64,000 nt of DNA from Spirochaetia bacterium (GCA_965203515.1 OZ241907.1:4071235-4135234), one strand, 5' to 3'; shown: positions 44,484 to 55,095, numbered from the stretch's first letter. Translations and numbers: made by a program. Notes: generated from the sequence alone by a model not told the origin.

Positions 44484-45821
44484 CTAATCGCCGCCGATAC
44501 TCCACCGCTGCATGACCTCCATCGAATATCTCAACAGGTCATTGAATCTGTGTTTCACTTCATCCAAATCCTGACCGCGGTAATCTTCGAGCGTATACCA
44601 GGCGTGGCCCTCTATGCGGAATCTCCAAATGATACCGTATGAATCGAGGGTGTTGGTGACAGAGAAGCTCAGGTTCTTTTCCGTGTTCCGAAAACCATGT
44701 ATCTCGAAACAAAACGTGATGTAAGCCTTGGAGACTTCTTCCGGCAGGTCTTTCGTAACTACAGATTCCGCGTCGTAGAAGTGCTCGAACGTCGATCCAT
44801 CGACGCCGCTCCCTGATATCCTCATCTGAGGATCGAGTGCGATCGTGGTAATCCCTGATGTAATCGAATTGAGTTTGGATGCGAAGTACCGGTAGAATGG
44901 ATGTGCTACTGCCTCGACGTACTGCCTGAGCGCGAAGCGATCCGCAGATTCTGAGCCGCGCAGGACGGTGCGTTTGAAGATCGCTATTTCGTGGTCGATG
45001 TCTTCGGGAGCTTCGATCGGTTCCCCGCGCGCCTCGTTCAGGTACACGTTCAGTGCATACGCACAGCAGGAGGCGATGTAGTCGATGAACTGCGCGAGGT
45101 CTTCGGTCCGGTCGGCGCGTTCCAGCTCCTGCAGGTAGCGCTCTCGGTGGTCGCTCTGGACGATCGCCACGGTGTAGCCGTGCCGGATCAGGATCATGTT
45201 CATCAGCAGGCGCGCCATGCGTCCGTTGCCGTCGTCGAACGGGTGGATGCGCACGAACCGGTAGTGGACGGTGGCGGCGGTGATGATCGGATGTTCGCCG
45301 GTGGCCTCCCGAGCGCGGTACCAATCGAGGAGGTCGCTCATCGCCGGCTTCACCTGCTCCGGCGGAGTGAAGTGATATATCTCGCCGGTCGAGGTCACCA
45401 CGTTGTTCGGCGTGGTCTTGTAATCGCCGGGCGTGATGCGGCGCGTGGAGCGGCGGCCGTCCGGGGTGACCGCTGCGTTTTCGTACGGTTCCTTCAACAG
45501 CACGCGATGGAGGTTGCGGATGAAGACTTCGGTGAGCGGTTCTTCTTTCCTGACCGCCCGTTCGATCGTCTTGACGGCCTGATCGTGCCCCTGGATGTCC
45601 AGGTGGTCGCGCATCGGCTTGCCGCGCGCGGTGAGGCCATGGAGGATCAGGCTCCGGGTTTCGCCCAGGGTGAGCGCATTGCCTTCGACGGCGTTGGAAT
45701 GGTAGTTGGACTCGATCCGCAGCTTCTGTTCGACGCGGGCGACCACGTCCGGCGGCAGCGGCCGTAGTTCGTCGAGCTCCCGCTTGAGCCGATCGATCTC
45801 ATTCAGAACGCTGGATGCCAT
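44484..45821 (-). CDS. Fic family protein (N-terminal autoinhibitory motif, class II-like)
   Basis: HPFDDGNGRMAR and SNAVEGN; AT-richer C-terminal extension. Confidence 0.93.
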   Translation of the reverse strand: MASSVLNEIDRLKRELDELRPLPPDVVARVEQKLRIESNYHSNAVEGNALTLGETRSLILHGLTARGKPMRDHLDIQGHDQAVKTIERAVRKEEPLTEVFIRNLHRVLLKEPYENAAVTPDGRRSTRRITPGDYKTTPNNVVTSTGEIYHFTPPEQVKPAMSDLLDWYRAREATGEHPIITAATVHYRFVRIHPFDDGNGRMARLLMNMILIRHGYTVAIVQSDHRERYLQELERADRTEDLAQFIDYIASCCAYALNVYLNEARGEPIEAPEDIDHEIAIFKRTVLRGSESADRFALRQYVEAVAHPFYRYFASKLNSITSGITTIALDPQMRISGSGVDGSTFEHFYDAESVVTKDLPEEVSKAYITFCFEIHGFRNTEKNLSFSVTNTLDSYGIIWRFRIEGHAWYTLEDYRGQDLDEVKHRFNDLLRYSMEVMQRWSIGGD

Positions 45822-46041
45822 GATTGAACGCCTGGATCGAACGCCGCGATCCACTGCCACCATACTTCGAGCTGGTCAGGTACCGCCACCGCCGCCCGCA
45901 GGCGCGGGAACATCTGCGGCGCAGGGGATGCGCCACGAGCGGGCAGCCGCTACGGCGGCGGCTGGCCCTGTGGTAATGGAATCGGCGGTCATAACCGCCG
46001 TGAGTTGAAGCGCCGCAGACGACCGGCCCGTTGTATGGGGT

Positions 46042-46557
46042 ATGGCCATCCATCAGCCCCACGACCGTCTGTTCAAGCGCGTGTTCGGCGTCCCGGCGGA
46101 AGCCGCGTCATTCCTGCAAGTGGCTATGATGCATGCCTTCGACCGCGAGGTCCGGGAGGCGCGGCAGCGGATGCGGCCGCTGCTGGGCGACCTGGAGCGG
46201 GAAGGGAGCGGCGGGCAGGACGACATGAAGATGTTCGTGCGGTATATGCTGGAGACGGGACCTGAGGACACGCCCGAGGAGATGGGCGAGCTACTGAGCC
46301 GCACGGCGGCAGGAGGCGAATTGATGACGAGCGGCGAGCGGCTGCGCCAGGAAGGGCGCGACGAGATGCGCGTGGTTGCCGAACAGCGGCACCGCGAGGG
46401 CCAGCGCGAGGGCCGGTTGGAGACGATCGACGGACTCCTGCGGATCGGCGTCGACTGGTCGGTGATCAAGCGGGCGACCGGGATCGGCGAGCAGGAGTAC
46501 CGGCAGCTCAGGAGCCAACCCAACGGCGCGGCTGCGGCGGGCGGCGACAGGACCTGA
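46042..46557 (+). pseudogene. Rpn (Transposase_31 / YhgA-like) gene with the nuclease core deleted and the C-terminal module intact
   Basis: HQPHDRLFKRVF start joined to the C-terminal part; internal AGGAGG then ATG at 46324 gives MTSGERLRQEGR...EG..EG...TGI. Confidence 0.7.
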
Positions 46558-46810
46558 CGACCCGCCCGAGGAGCTCGGCCACCTCGCAGTTCACCGGGTG
46601 GCGGGCATGGCTGAACGGGACGCCGGCGCTCAAGACCGCCGTCGCATGACGCGCCGATCGTCGCGTCGCCACGATATAGCGCGCCATGGCGGCGGCTGGC
46701 TCCGTGGTGATGGATCGGCAGCCGTCCGGCTCGATGAGGGACCTAGTCGAGACTATAACACAAAGCACGAGGGCGCGATCAGCGGCCGATCAACCACTTC
46801 ACGGCTGTAA

Positions 46811-46966
46811 TCAGCGCCTTGATAACACCGTAGCCGGCGACCCAATCAGGGTCGGAGAGACTATCCTGGCAGCGGCGGCGCGTTGCGTTTCAGTCCCCAA
46901 GAAGAAGAAGCCGAGCATAGCAAAGACCGTGACACCGCCAACCCAAGCAGCGCCCTCCTTCGACAT
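46811..46966 (-). CDS. Possible 51-aa membrane peptide
   Basis: MSKEGAAWVGGVTVFAMLGFFFLG...; ATG overlaps the upstream stop (TGATG). Confidence 0.3.
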   Translation of the reverse strand: MSKEGAAWVGGVTVFAMLGFFFLGTETQRAAAARIVSPTLIGSPATVLSRR

Positions 46967-47178
46967 CAGAGGTCGTGGTAATCGGGCTGGCCGCGTTCGA
47001 TCAAGGCACGCAGCTCCGGTTCAGCCAAGGCTTCTTCGGGCCAGGAGCGAACGTAGAATCCTCCGTAGGGCGACTTCGCCACCTGGACGATAAAGCCCCG
47101 TTCCGCCTCCTGAGCGCGACGGCGCGCCGCCTCGTGATGAGCTTCAAGATAGGTGGCGAATACCGGCGACTCCGGCAT
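46966..47178 (-). CDS. Small hypothetical protein
   Basis: MPESPVFATYLEAHH...KSPYGGFYVRSWP; protein-like composition, start uncertain. Confidence 0.4.
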   Translation of the reverse strand: MPESPVFATYLEAHHEAARRRAQEAERGFIVQVAKSPYGGFYVRSWPEEALAEPELRALIERGQPDYHDL

Positions 47179-47514
47179 CGTCGGGCCGACGCGTGGATCA
47201 GTATTCGTTTGCATCATCCAACCCCTCGATACAGGTGAATATAACAAGCACGACGCGCGCCGTCACCGCGCCGGCCAGTGTGGCCAGATTGGTGAGCGGG
47301 CGGCGCGGCTCGGGTCGAAGCGGTAGGAGGCGAGGCCAGCCCTTGACGAGACCCTGCACGAACCGGGCGTCCGCACCGGCCCGCCGCGGCCCAGCCGCCG
47401 CCGGTCAGGCACCCGTCGTCTTCCGTCCCGGGATGAGTCGGCGGCTCTGTCGTCGCTGGCGGGCGGCTCTACCCGCTGGCTCGGGGATTGGCGTAGACTG
47501 GATGCGGGACGGGG

Positions 47515-50097
47515 ATGGCGAAGAGCAAGCGGGAGATCGAGAGCTACGCCCATACCGGCGAGGAGCGGGCGAACAATCCGCCGGTGGGGCTGGTGACGCC
47601 GGAGACCGACCGGGACGCGGGGGCGGCGGCCTACGCCTACGATCCGCACCTGGAGCCGCGGCTCGACTGGGCGGGGAAGGCCGAGCACACCTCGTTCACG
47701 GTGCCGACGGTCTCGTTGCACGTGCACGAGCGCATCGACCCGCGCACCGTGGTCGAGGCGGTGCGCCGGCGCAACGGCGCGGAGGGGCAGCGCTCGCTGT
47801 TCGACGCGCCCGAGGAGAACCCGCCGATCCGGCAGGCGATCGAGTTCTACCGCCACCGGCACAACTGGAGCAACCGCCTGATCGCCGGCGACAGCCTGCT
47901 GGTGATGAACAGCCTGTTGGAGAAGGAAGGGCTCGGCGGCCAGGTGCAGACGGTCTACCTCGACCCGCCCTACGGCATCCGCTACGGCTCCAACTTCCAG
48001 CCATTCGTGAACCGGCGCGAGGTCACCGACGGCCGGGACGCGGACCTGACGTCCGAACCGGAGCAGATCCGCGCCTTCCGCGATACCTGGGAACTCGGCA
48101 TCCACTCCTATCTCGCCTATCTCCGCGACCGCCTGCTGCTGGCGCGCGAGTTGCTGCACGAGAGCGGAAGCTGCTTCGTGCAGATCGGCCCCGAGAACGT
48201 GCACCGCGCCGGCCTCGTCATGGACGAGATCTTCGGCGCCGAAAACCGGAAGGCGACGATTTCGTATGCAACGACCGGCGCCAGCTCGACGACGACGTTG
48301 CCGGAGGTCGCCGACTATCTGTTGTGGTACGCCAAGGATCGAAAGAACGTAAAGTACCGACAGCTCTATGAGCCACTTACGCGGCGCGAGATAGTCGATT
48401 TCTTCAGCAGCTATGCTATGGTTGAATTGCCGGACGGTCCGTGCCGCAAGTTGACGACGCTGGAACGCTTTGATCCGGACGAGCATTTGCCGGAAGGCGC
48501 TCGCATTTACCGGCGCATGCCGCTCGATTCGCAGGGTGTCTCCACGACGGGACGTTCGGAACCCTACACCTGGCATGATCGGGTGTTTCCATGCGGTGAT
48601 GATCGGCATTGGGCGATCTCGCGCGAAGGGATGGACCGGCTCGCGGAGCTGAACCGGCTGGACGCGGCGGGAGCAGATGCCCGGCTGAGTTGGAAGCGAT
48701 ACGAGGAGGAAATACCGGGCCGGCTTATCAACAACGTCTGGGATGCGCCCATGTCGGAGAAGAACAAGCGGTACGTCGTGCAGACTGCCGCCAAGGCGAT
48801 TCAGCGCTGCATCCTCATGACGACCGATCCCGGAGATCTGGTGTTCGACCCGACCTGTGGGTCCGGCACCACCGCGTACGTCGCCGAGCAGTGGGGCCGC
48901 CGGTGGATCACCTGCGACACCTCGCGCGTGGCCGTTGCCATCGCCCGCCAGCGGCTGATGACCGCGAACTTCGACTACTACGAGCTGGCCCATCCCGATG
49001 AAGGGATCGGCTCAGGGCTCCGCTACCGCAGCGTCGCCACCGTTTCACCCCGAATCCTGGGCTACGACGAGCCGCCGGTCGAGACCATCCTCTACGACCA
49101 GCCGGAACCGGACCGGCGCAAGGCGCGCGTCACCGGCCCCTTCACCGTCGAGGCGGTCCCCGCGCCAACCGTTCAGCCGCTCGACGAGCTCAAAGCGCCG
49201 CCGCAGCCGGCTGACGAGTCGATCGCGCGCTCCGGCGAGACGCTGCGGCAGGGCGATTGGCGCGACGAGCTGCTGAAGACCGGCATCCGCGGCAAGGCCA
49301 GCCAGCGCATCTCCTTCGCGCGGCTGGAGCCGCTGCCCGGCACCCGCTGGCTGCACGCCGAGGGCGACACGCGCCCGGACTCCTCCGGGGCGGACCGCGT
49401 CCGCGAAACCGGCACCGCCTATCACGCGCAACGGGCGGTGGTCTCGTTCGGCCCCGACCACGCGCCGCTGGAGCAGCGCCAAGTAACCCGCGCCCTGGAG
49501 GAATCGCTGACGCTGGTGCCGCGCCCGACCGTCCTGGTATTCGCCGCGTTCCAGTTCGACCCGGAAGCCGCCAAGGACATCGACGAGACCAACTGGCCGG
49601 GCGTCACCCTGCTCAAGGCGCAGATGAACGCCGACCTGCTGACCGACGACCTCAAGCGCAAGCGCGCCGGCAACGAGAGCTTCTGGCTGATCGGCCAGCC
49701 GGAAGTCGAAGTCGAGCGGATCGAGGCGGGCGAGCACGCCGGCAAGCTGCGCGTCTCCGTGCACGGGTTCGACTACTACAACACCCGCACCGGCGGCCTC
49801 GAATCGGGCGGCGGCGACCGCATCGCCTTGTGGATGCTGGACCCGGACTACGACGGCCGCAGCCTGTTTCCGCGGCAGGTCTTCTTCCCCATGGCCGGTT
49901 CCTCCCGCGACGGCTGGAAGCGCCTCGCCCGCAGCCTCCGCACCGAGATCGACGAGCGGTTGATCGCCGCCTACCACGGCACCGTCTCCCTGCCGTTCGC
50001 GCCGGGCGCCCACGAACGGGCCGCGGTCAAGATCGTCGACGACCGCGGCATCGAAAGCCTGAAGGTGATCCCGCTCAACGGTTCGTCGCGGCCATGA
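47515..50097 (+). CDS. mod: Type III R-M modification methyltransferase (Mod)
   Basis: NRLIAGDSL, DPPYG, VFDPTCGSGTT, AVKIVDDRGIESL; upstream of res. Confidence 0.93.
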   Translation: MAKSKREIESYAHTGEERANNPPVGLVTPETDRDAGAAAYAYDPHLEPRLDWAGKAEHTSFTVPTVSLHVHERIDPRTVVEAVRRRNGAEGQRSLFDAPEENPPIRQAIEFYRHRHNWSNRLIAGDSLLVMNSLLEKEGLGGQVQTVYLDPPYGIRYGSNFQPFVNRREVTDGRDADLTSEPEQIRAFRDTWELGIHSYLAYLRDRLLLARELLHESGSCFVQIGPENVHRAGLVMDEIFGAENRKATISYATTGASSTTTLPEVADYLLWYAKDRKNVKYRQLYEPLTRREIVDFFSSYAMVELPDGPCRKLTTLERFDPDEHLPEGARIYRRMPLDSQGVSTTGRSEPYTWHDRVFPCGDDRHWAISREGMDRLAELNRLDAAGADARLSWKRYEEEIPGRLINNVWDAPMSEKNKRYVVQTAAKAIQRCILMTTDPGDLVFDPTCGSGTTAYVAEQWGRRWITCDTSRVAVAIARQRLMTANFDYYELAHPDEGIGSGLRYRSVATVSPRILGYDEPPVETILYDQPEPDRRKARVTGPFTVEAVPAPTVQPLDELKAPPQPADESIARSGETLRQGDWRDELLKTGIRGKASQRISFARLEPLPGTRWLHAEGDTRPDSSGADRVRETGTAYHAQRAVVSFGPDHAPLEQRQVTRALEESLTLVPRPTVLVFAAFQFDPEAAKDIDETNWPGVTLLKAQMNADLLTDDLKRKRAGNESFWLIGQPEVEVERIEAGEHAGKLRVSVHGFDYYNTRTGGLESGGGDRIALWMLDPDYDGRSLFPRQVFFPMAGSSRDGWKRLARSLRTEIDERLIAAYHGTVSLPFAPGAHERAAVKIVDDRGIESLKVIPLNGSSRP

Positions 50098-50107
50098 CCG
50101 AGACGAC

Positions 50108-50416
50108 ATGATCGAGGCGATACCGCTGGACCGCGCCGCGCTCGCCGAGTTCTGCAAGCGCTGGAACGTGGTCGAGCTCGCGCTGTTCGGCTCGGTGCTC
50201 CGCGATGACTTCGGACCCGAAAGCGACGTCGACGTGCTGGTCAGTCTCGACGAAACCGCGCGCCACACGCTGTTCGACCTGCACCAAATGGAGGAAGAAC
50301 TCCGCTCGCTATTCGGACGGGACGTCGATCTCGTCAGCCGCCGCGGCGTCGAGCGCAGCCGCAATCACCTGCGCCGCCGGGCGATACTGGAATCGGCAGA
50401 GACCATCTATGAGTAG
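50108..50416 (+). CDS. Minimal nucleotidyltransferase (MNT/MntA-like antitoxin)
   Basis: LFGSVLRDDFGPESDVDVLV, FGRDVDLV. Confidence 0.9.
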   Translation: MIEAIPLDRAALAEFCKRWNVVELALFGSVLRDDFGPESDVDVLVSLDETARHTLFDLHQMEEELRSLFGRDVDLVSRRGVERSRNHLRRRAILESAETIYE

Positions 50417-50428
50417 GGAACCGGGGTA

Positions 50429-53254
50429 ATGGCGCAATCCACCATCGACCGGCTGACGGTCAACTCGCCGTATGAGGAGCCGGCGCGGCACTGGCGGTAC
50501 GACCGGGCGACGCGGCTGTTCGACCTGGCGCCGGGCCGCCGGCCGGCGGGATACGTCATCGCCTCGCCCGACTCGCGGGCGTTCGACGATCCGGGCGTCA
50601 CGGTCGAGATTCCGCTGGTCAACGCCATCCGCCCGCGCGTCAAGGCGTGGCGGGCCGCCGGCTACCCCGGCGCCTCCACCGTGACCCGGCGGCTGCTCGA
50701 CCACTGGACCGACCCGCAGGAGTTCGATTCGCGCCGGTTCTTCTTCTGCCAGCTCGAGGCGGTGGAGACCCTGATCTGGCTGCGCGAGGCGCCGGCCGCC
50801 GACCGGGTGGGCATCGACGTTCCCGGCGACGGCGGAGCATTCCCCCGGTCGTGCGCCAAGATGGCGACCGGCACCGGCAAGACCGTGGTCATGGCGATGG
50901 TGATCGCCTGGCAGGTGCTGAACAAGACCGCCTATCCGCAGGACCGCCGGTTCTCCCGCAACGTCCTGGTGGTCGCGCCCGGCCTCACCGTCAAGAGCCG
51001 GCTGGCGGTCCTCGATCCGCCGCACCCCGACAACTACTACCGGCAGTTCCGCATCGTCCCGTCCGCGCTGCTCGACAAGCTGCGCCTGGGCCGGGTCGTG
51101 GTCCGCAACTGGCACGCGCTCAACTGGGAGACCGAGGCGCAGGTGGCGCGGCGGCGCAGCGTCGACAAGCGCGGCGCCGTGAGCGACGAAGCCTACGTCC
51201 GCGCGGTACTCGGCGACCTCGCCGCGGCCCGCGACCTGCTGGTCATCAACGACGAAGCGCACCACGCCTGGCGCATCTCCGAACAGTCCGCGACCAGGGG
51301 CATCGCCAAGGCCGACCTGGAGACCGCCACCAAGTGGATCGGCGGCCTCGACCGCATCCACCGCGCGCGCGACATCCTGCGCTGCTACGACTTCTCCGCC
51401 ACGCCGTTCGTGCCGTCCGGCAGGAGCAGCTCCGAGGAGGCGTTGTTCGACTGGATCGTGAGCGACTTCGGATTGAACGACGCCATCGAGGCCGGCCTGG
51501 TCAAGACGCCGCGCGTGGTGGTGCGCGACGATGCCGCGCCCGACGCCCGCACCTACCGCTCCCGCTTCTACCACATCTACAACGACCCGGAGGTCAAGGA
51601 CGACCTGAACCGCCGGGCCGCGCCTACCGACCCGCTGCCGGACCTGGTGCTGAACGGCTACTACTTCCTGGGGTACGACTGGCGCGAGACCGCCCGGCAG
51701 TGGGCGGCGCTGGGGTTCCCGACGCCGCCGGCGATGATCACCGTCGCCAACCGCACCGAGACCGCGGCGCGCGTCCGGCACGCGTTCGCGCGCGGCAGCA
51801 TCCGCATCGAGGAGCTGTGCGATCCCGAGCGCACGCTGCACATCGACTCGAAGACGCTGGCCGAAGCCGAGGCCGCCGCGGAGCCGTTGGCGGCCGTCGG
51901 CGGCGATGGTGCGGACGCCGGCGGTCCCGGCGCACAGGAGGTGGCGGGCGGTCAAGCGGGCCAAGGGCGCCGGCTGAACGCGCGCCAGCGGGCCGAGCTG
52001 CTGCGCCGGCAGGTCGATACGGTGGGCCGCGCCGGCGGTCCCGGCGAACGGATACAGAACGTGATCTCGGTCGGCATGCTGTCCGAGGGGTGGGACGCCA
52101 AGACCGTGACCCACATCATGGGCCTGCGCGCCTTCGCCAGCCAGTTGCTGTGCGAACAGGTGATCGGCCGCGGGCTGCGCCGCACCGCCTATGACGTCAG
52201 CGCCGACACCGGCCTGCTGGAACCGGAGTACGTGAACGTCTTCGGCGTGCCGTTCACGTTCCTGCCGCACGAGTCGCGGGCCGGGGTGCCGCCGCCGCCG
52301 CTGCCGAAGACCGCCATCGAGCCGGTCCGGGAGAAGGAGCGGTTCGCGCTTTCGTGGCCGAACGTGGTGCGCGTCGACCGCGTGCTCAGACCGCATCTGA
52401 CCGTGGACTGGGACGACGTGGAACCGCTGGCGCTCTCCGCGGCGCAGACCGCCGGGGTCGCGGAGCTGGCGCCGGTCGTGGAGGGCAAGCCCGACCTGAC
52501 CAGGATCGCGACGATCGACCTGCAACGGCTGGCGCGGAAGCGCCGTCTGCAAAGCATCGTGTTCGAGACCGCGCAGCAGGTCTACGACGAGATGCGGCCG
52601 GATTGGCGCGGCAACCGGACCGCGCTCGTCGCGCAACTGGTGCGGCTCACCGAGCAGTTGCTCCATTCGGACCGGGTGGTGATCGAACCGGCGGCGTTCG
52701 CCTGCGACGCGGTGAAGCGGCGGCTCATGCTGATGCTCAACATGACCAAGGTCGTGCAGCATCTCCTGCAGGCGATCCGCTTCGGGAACGCGGAACGGCT
52801 GGCGCCGATCTTCGACCGCGATCACCCGATCCGCTCGACCGGCGACATGCTCACCTGGTACACCGGCAAGCCGTGCGAACACACGGAGCGCAGCCACGTC
52901 AACCTGTGCGTGTACGACAGCGCCTGGGAGGCATCGGAAGCCTATGCCCTCGACCACCACCCGGCGGTCGCCGCCTGGGTGAAGAACGATCATCTCGGCT
53001 TCGAGGTGCTCTACGTGCACCGCGGCGTGGTCCGCAAGTACCGCCCCGACTTCCTGATCCGGCTCACGACCGGAACGATGCTGGTCCTGGAAGTGAAGGG
53101 CCGGGACCGCGACGGCGACCGCGCCAAACGCACGTATCTCAAGGAGTGGTGCGCCGCCGTAACCGACCACGGCGGCTTCGGCCGCTGGTCATGCGCCGTG
53201 TCGAGAACCCCCGAAGACGTTCACGACCTCCTCGCCGCCGCGGCGCGTTCATGA
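50429..53254 (+). CDS. res: Type III restriction endonuclease (Res)
   Basis: KMATGTGKT, INDEAHH, SATP, MLSEGWD, EQVIGRGLRR, YRPDF...LEVKG. Confidence 0.93.
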   Translation: MAQSTIDRLTVNSPYEEPARHWRYDRATRLFDLAPGRRPAGYVIASPDSRAFDDPGVTVEIPLVNAIRPRVKAWRAAGYPGASTVTRRLLDHWTDPQEFDSRRFFFCQLEAVETLIWLREAPAADRVGIDVPGDGGAFPRSCAKMATGTGKTVVMAMVIAWQVLNKTAYPQDRRFSRNVLVVAPGLTVKSRLAVLDPPHPDNYYRQFRIVPSALLDKLRLGRVVVRNWHALNWETEAQVARRRSVDKRGAVSDEAYVRAVLGDLAAARDLLVINDEAHHAWRISEQSATRGIAKADLETATKWIGGLDRIHRARDILRCYDFSATPFVPSGRSSSEEALFDWIVSDFGLNDAIEAGLVKTPRVVVRDDAAPDARTYRSRFYHIYNDPEVKDDLNRRAAPTDPLPDLVLNGYYFLGYDWRETARQWAALGFPTPPAMITVANRTETAARVRHAFARGSIRIEELCDPERTLHIDSKTLAEAEAAAEPLAAVGGDGADAGGPGAQEVAGGQAGQGRRLNARQRAELLRRQVDTVGRAGGPGERIQNVISVGMLSEGWDAKTVTHIMGLRAFASQLLCEQVIGRGLRRTAYDVSADTGLLEPEYVNVFGVPFTFLPHESRAGVPPPPLPKTAIEPVREKERFALSWPNVVRVDRVLRPHLTVDWDDVEPLALSAAQTAGVAELAPVVEGKPDLTRIATIDLQRLARKRRLQSIVFETAQQVYDEMRPDWRGNRTALVAQLVRLTEQLLHSDRVVIEPAAFACDAVKRRLMLMLNMTKVVQHLLQAIRFGNAERLAPIFDRDHPIRSTGDMLTWYTGKPCEHTERSHVNLCVYDSAWEASEAYALDHHPAVAAWVKNDHLGFEVLYVHRGVVRKYRPDFLIRLTTGTMLVLEVKGRDRDGDRAKRTYLKEWCAAVTDHGGFGRWSCAVSRTPEDVHDLLAAAARS

Positions 53255-53257
53255 CCG

Positions 53258-53944
53258 TTACACGCCGGTTCCGAGCCGCTCCAACCGCCTGATCCATTCG
53301 TGGAAGTGAGGGCACTTCGCCCTGATGGCCGACAAGCCGATCATCTCTGCCATCTGCGGGCCTATGGTGGTCTTCAATTTCTTGTACTTACCGAACCGGG
53401 CGATAATCCGCTTGGATGGCGCGGTGTGTTGCCCGTCGTCGATCCTCTCCGGAGACTTCGCCTCGTTAACCACGTTCTGCAACGCGGTGATTGCAGGGAT
53501 CGGGCATTGCCACTCGGCGAACTTCGACACGTCGGCAAACAGGTACGCTTCGAACTCGTGCAACTGAATGTAAGGGATGAAGCGATTGTCCGCGGTCTTC
53601 TTCCGCCATGATTCTTCGAGCGACGCCACACGTTTATAGGGATCGGCACGCACCTTCTCTGCCTCCGAGCGCCCAGGAAAGTCGTTATACAATGCGTACA
53701 GATCGACCATCGTCGTAAAGTACACGTCGGCGTTGGCGTCCTCCTTGAGGCGCCGCATGATGTCGTTCTGCATTGGCTCGAAATGCCGGCCTCCCCCGCG
53801 ATGGGTGCGGCCCTTCTTACGCGCGTGAGCCACCAACACCGGATTATGCAGCCACACGTCGAAATTGGCCAAGTGCGGTTGCAGCACATTGGTAGCGAAG
53901 ACCAGTTCAGTATAGCCCTCGGCGAACAGGTGGAGTCGGGGCAT
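53258..53944 (-). CDS. TOPRIM-fold DUF4276-like protein
   Basis: FAEGYTE, TTMVDLY, QLHEFEAYLF, PERIDD, PSKRI, CPHF; start overlaps the ATPase stop (TGATG). Confidence 0.8.
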   Translation of the reverse strand: MPRLHLFAEGYTELVFATNVLQPHLANFDVWLHNPVLVAHARKKGRTHRGGGRHFEPMQNDIMRRLKEDANADVYFTTMVDLYALYNDFPGRSEAEKVRADPYKRVASLEESWRKKTADNRFIPYIQLHEFEAYLFADVSKFAEWQCPIPAITALQNVVNEAKSPERIDDGQHTAPSKRIIARFGKYKKLKTTIGPQMAEMIGLSAIRAKCPHFHEWIRRLERLGTGV

Positions 53945-55095
53945 CAGTGCGGTCCGCCGCCGAAGACGTTCTTTTCCCATACCTCGCCGAGCGAGTAGTC
54001 TTCCAGCCACGCGCCGAGTTTCTCGGCGTCGGGTCGCGTGAACGTCGTGGCTTCGCCGTCTCGTTCGACCACCACGATGTCCTCGGGATCGAAGGCGTCG
54101 ACGAACGCGCTGGACTGCGTGCTGATGAGCACCTGGGCGTGCTCGCTCACGGCTTGAAACAACGACGCGATCATGTCGAGCGCATGCGGGTGCAAGCCGA
54201 GCTCCGGCTCGTCAACCACGATCAGGTACGGCAAGTCGTCCTGCGGCTGCTCCAGCAGAGCGATCAGGCAGATTGCGCGCAAGGTCCCATCGGATAGCTG
54301 ATGCGGCCCGAATACCAGATCGGAATCTCTATGTCTCCAGTTGAGAATGATGTCGGTCTTGTTGCGCCCGGAAGGCTGGAGATCGAAGTCCACGAAGAAC
54401 GGCGCTACCTGTTTCACGTTCCTCACGATTCGCCGGTAGACCAGCTCGTTCTCGATCTTCAACCGATGGAGAACGGCGGCAAGATTCGCTGCGTCGGGCA
54501 TGAGCCACTTACTGTCCTCAACGTAACAGTACTGGCGAACGCGCGCAGTCTGCGACGTATCGTGGAAGTGGTAGACACGACAGTGACTCAGCAGGTGCCT
54601 CAGTGTATTCGGGAGAGCATCGTATTCCGAGTCTTCTCTGATCCGTGTCTCCTGATGCCCGGCGCCCAACGACATCCGCTGAGGAATGTCATGGCCTGGA
54701 GCGTAAAAGGAGACCGACTCATCGGCGAAGATCAGCGAGTCACCGGCCGCGTGAAAGAGCCGCAGGTGATACGTGTTGGTTCCTTTATCGGCCTCGAATT
54801 CGAGCTCCGCCTCTATTTGCGGCGTTATGCGGGGTCCGAAGTACAGATTGGCGGTAGCTCGTCCGGTCGTGCCGACGTATTGTTGGAGTCGTCTGCCCAT
54901 CATTTCGTTTATCAGCTTGAAGAACGCGATGAGGTTGCTCTTTCCGGCGCCGTTGGCGCCGATGCAGACGTTGAGCGGCCGCATCTCCAAATCCATCTCC
55001 TCGATGGACCGGAACCCCTTGACCTTGACACTCTTCAGCCGCGGTCGCCGGCCGGCCGACGGATCGATATCTGCGCGGAGCGGCGGCGTGGTCAT
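53944..55095 (-). CDS. ABC-type AAA ATPase (AAA_21-like)
   Basis: GFRSI, IGANGAGKSN, YHFHDTS, LSDGTLR, VDEPELGLHP, STQS; ATG overlaps the tyrS stop. Confidence 0.9.
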   Translation of the reverse strand: MTTPPLRADIDPSAGRRPRLKSVKVKGFRSIEEMDLEMRPLNVCIGANGAGKSNLIAFFKLINEMMGRRLQQYVGTTGRATANLYFGPRITPQIEAELEFEADKGTNTYHLRLFHAAGDSLIFADESVSFYAPGHDIPQRMSLGAGHQETRIREDSEYDALPNTLRHLLSHCRVYHFHDTSQTARVRQYCYVEDSKWLMPDAANLAAVLHRLKIENELVYRRIVRNVKQVAPFFVDFDLQPSGRNKTDIILNWRHRDSDLVFGPHQLSDGTLRAICLIALLEQPQDDLPYLIVVDEPELGLHPHALDMIASLFQAVSEHAQVLISTQSSAFVDAFDPEDIVVVERDGEATTFTRPDAEKLGAWLEDYSLGEVWEKNVFGGGPH

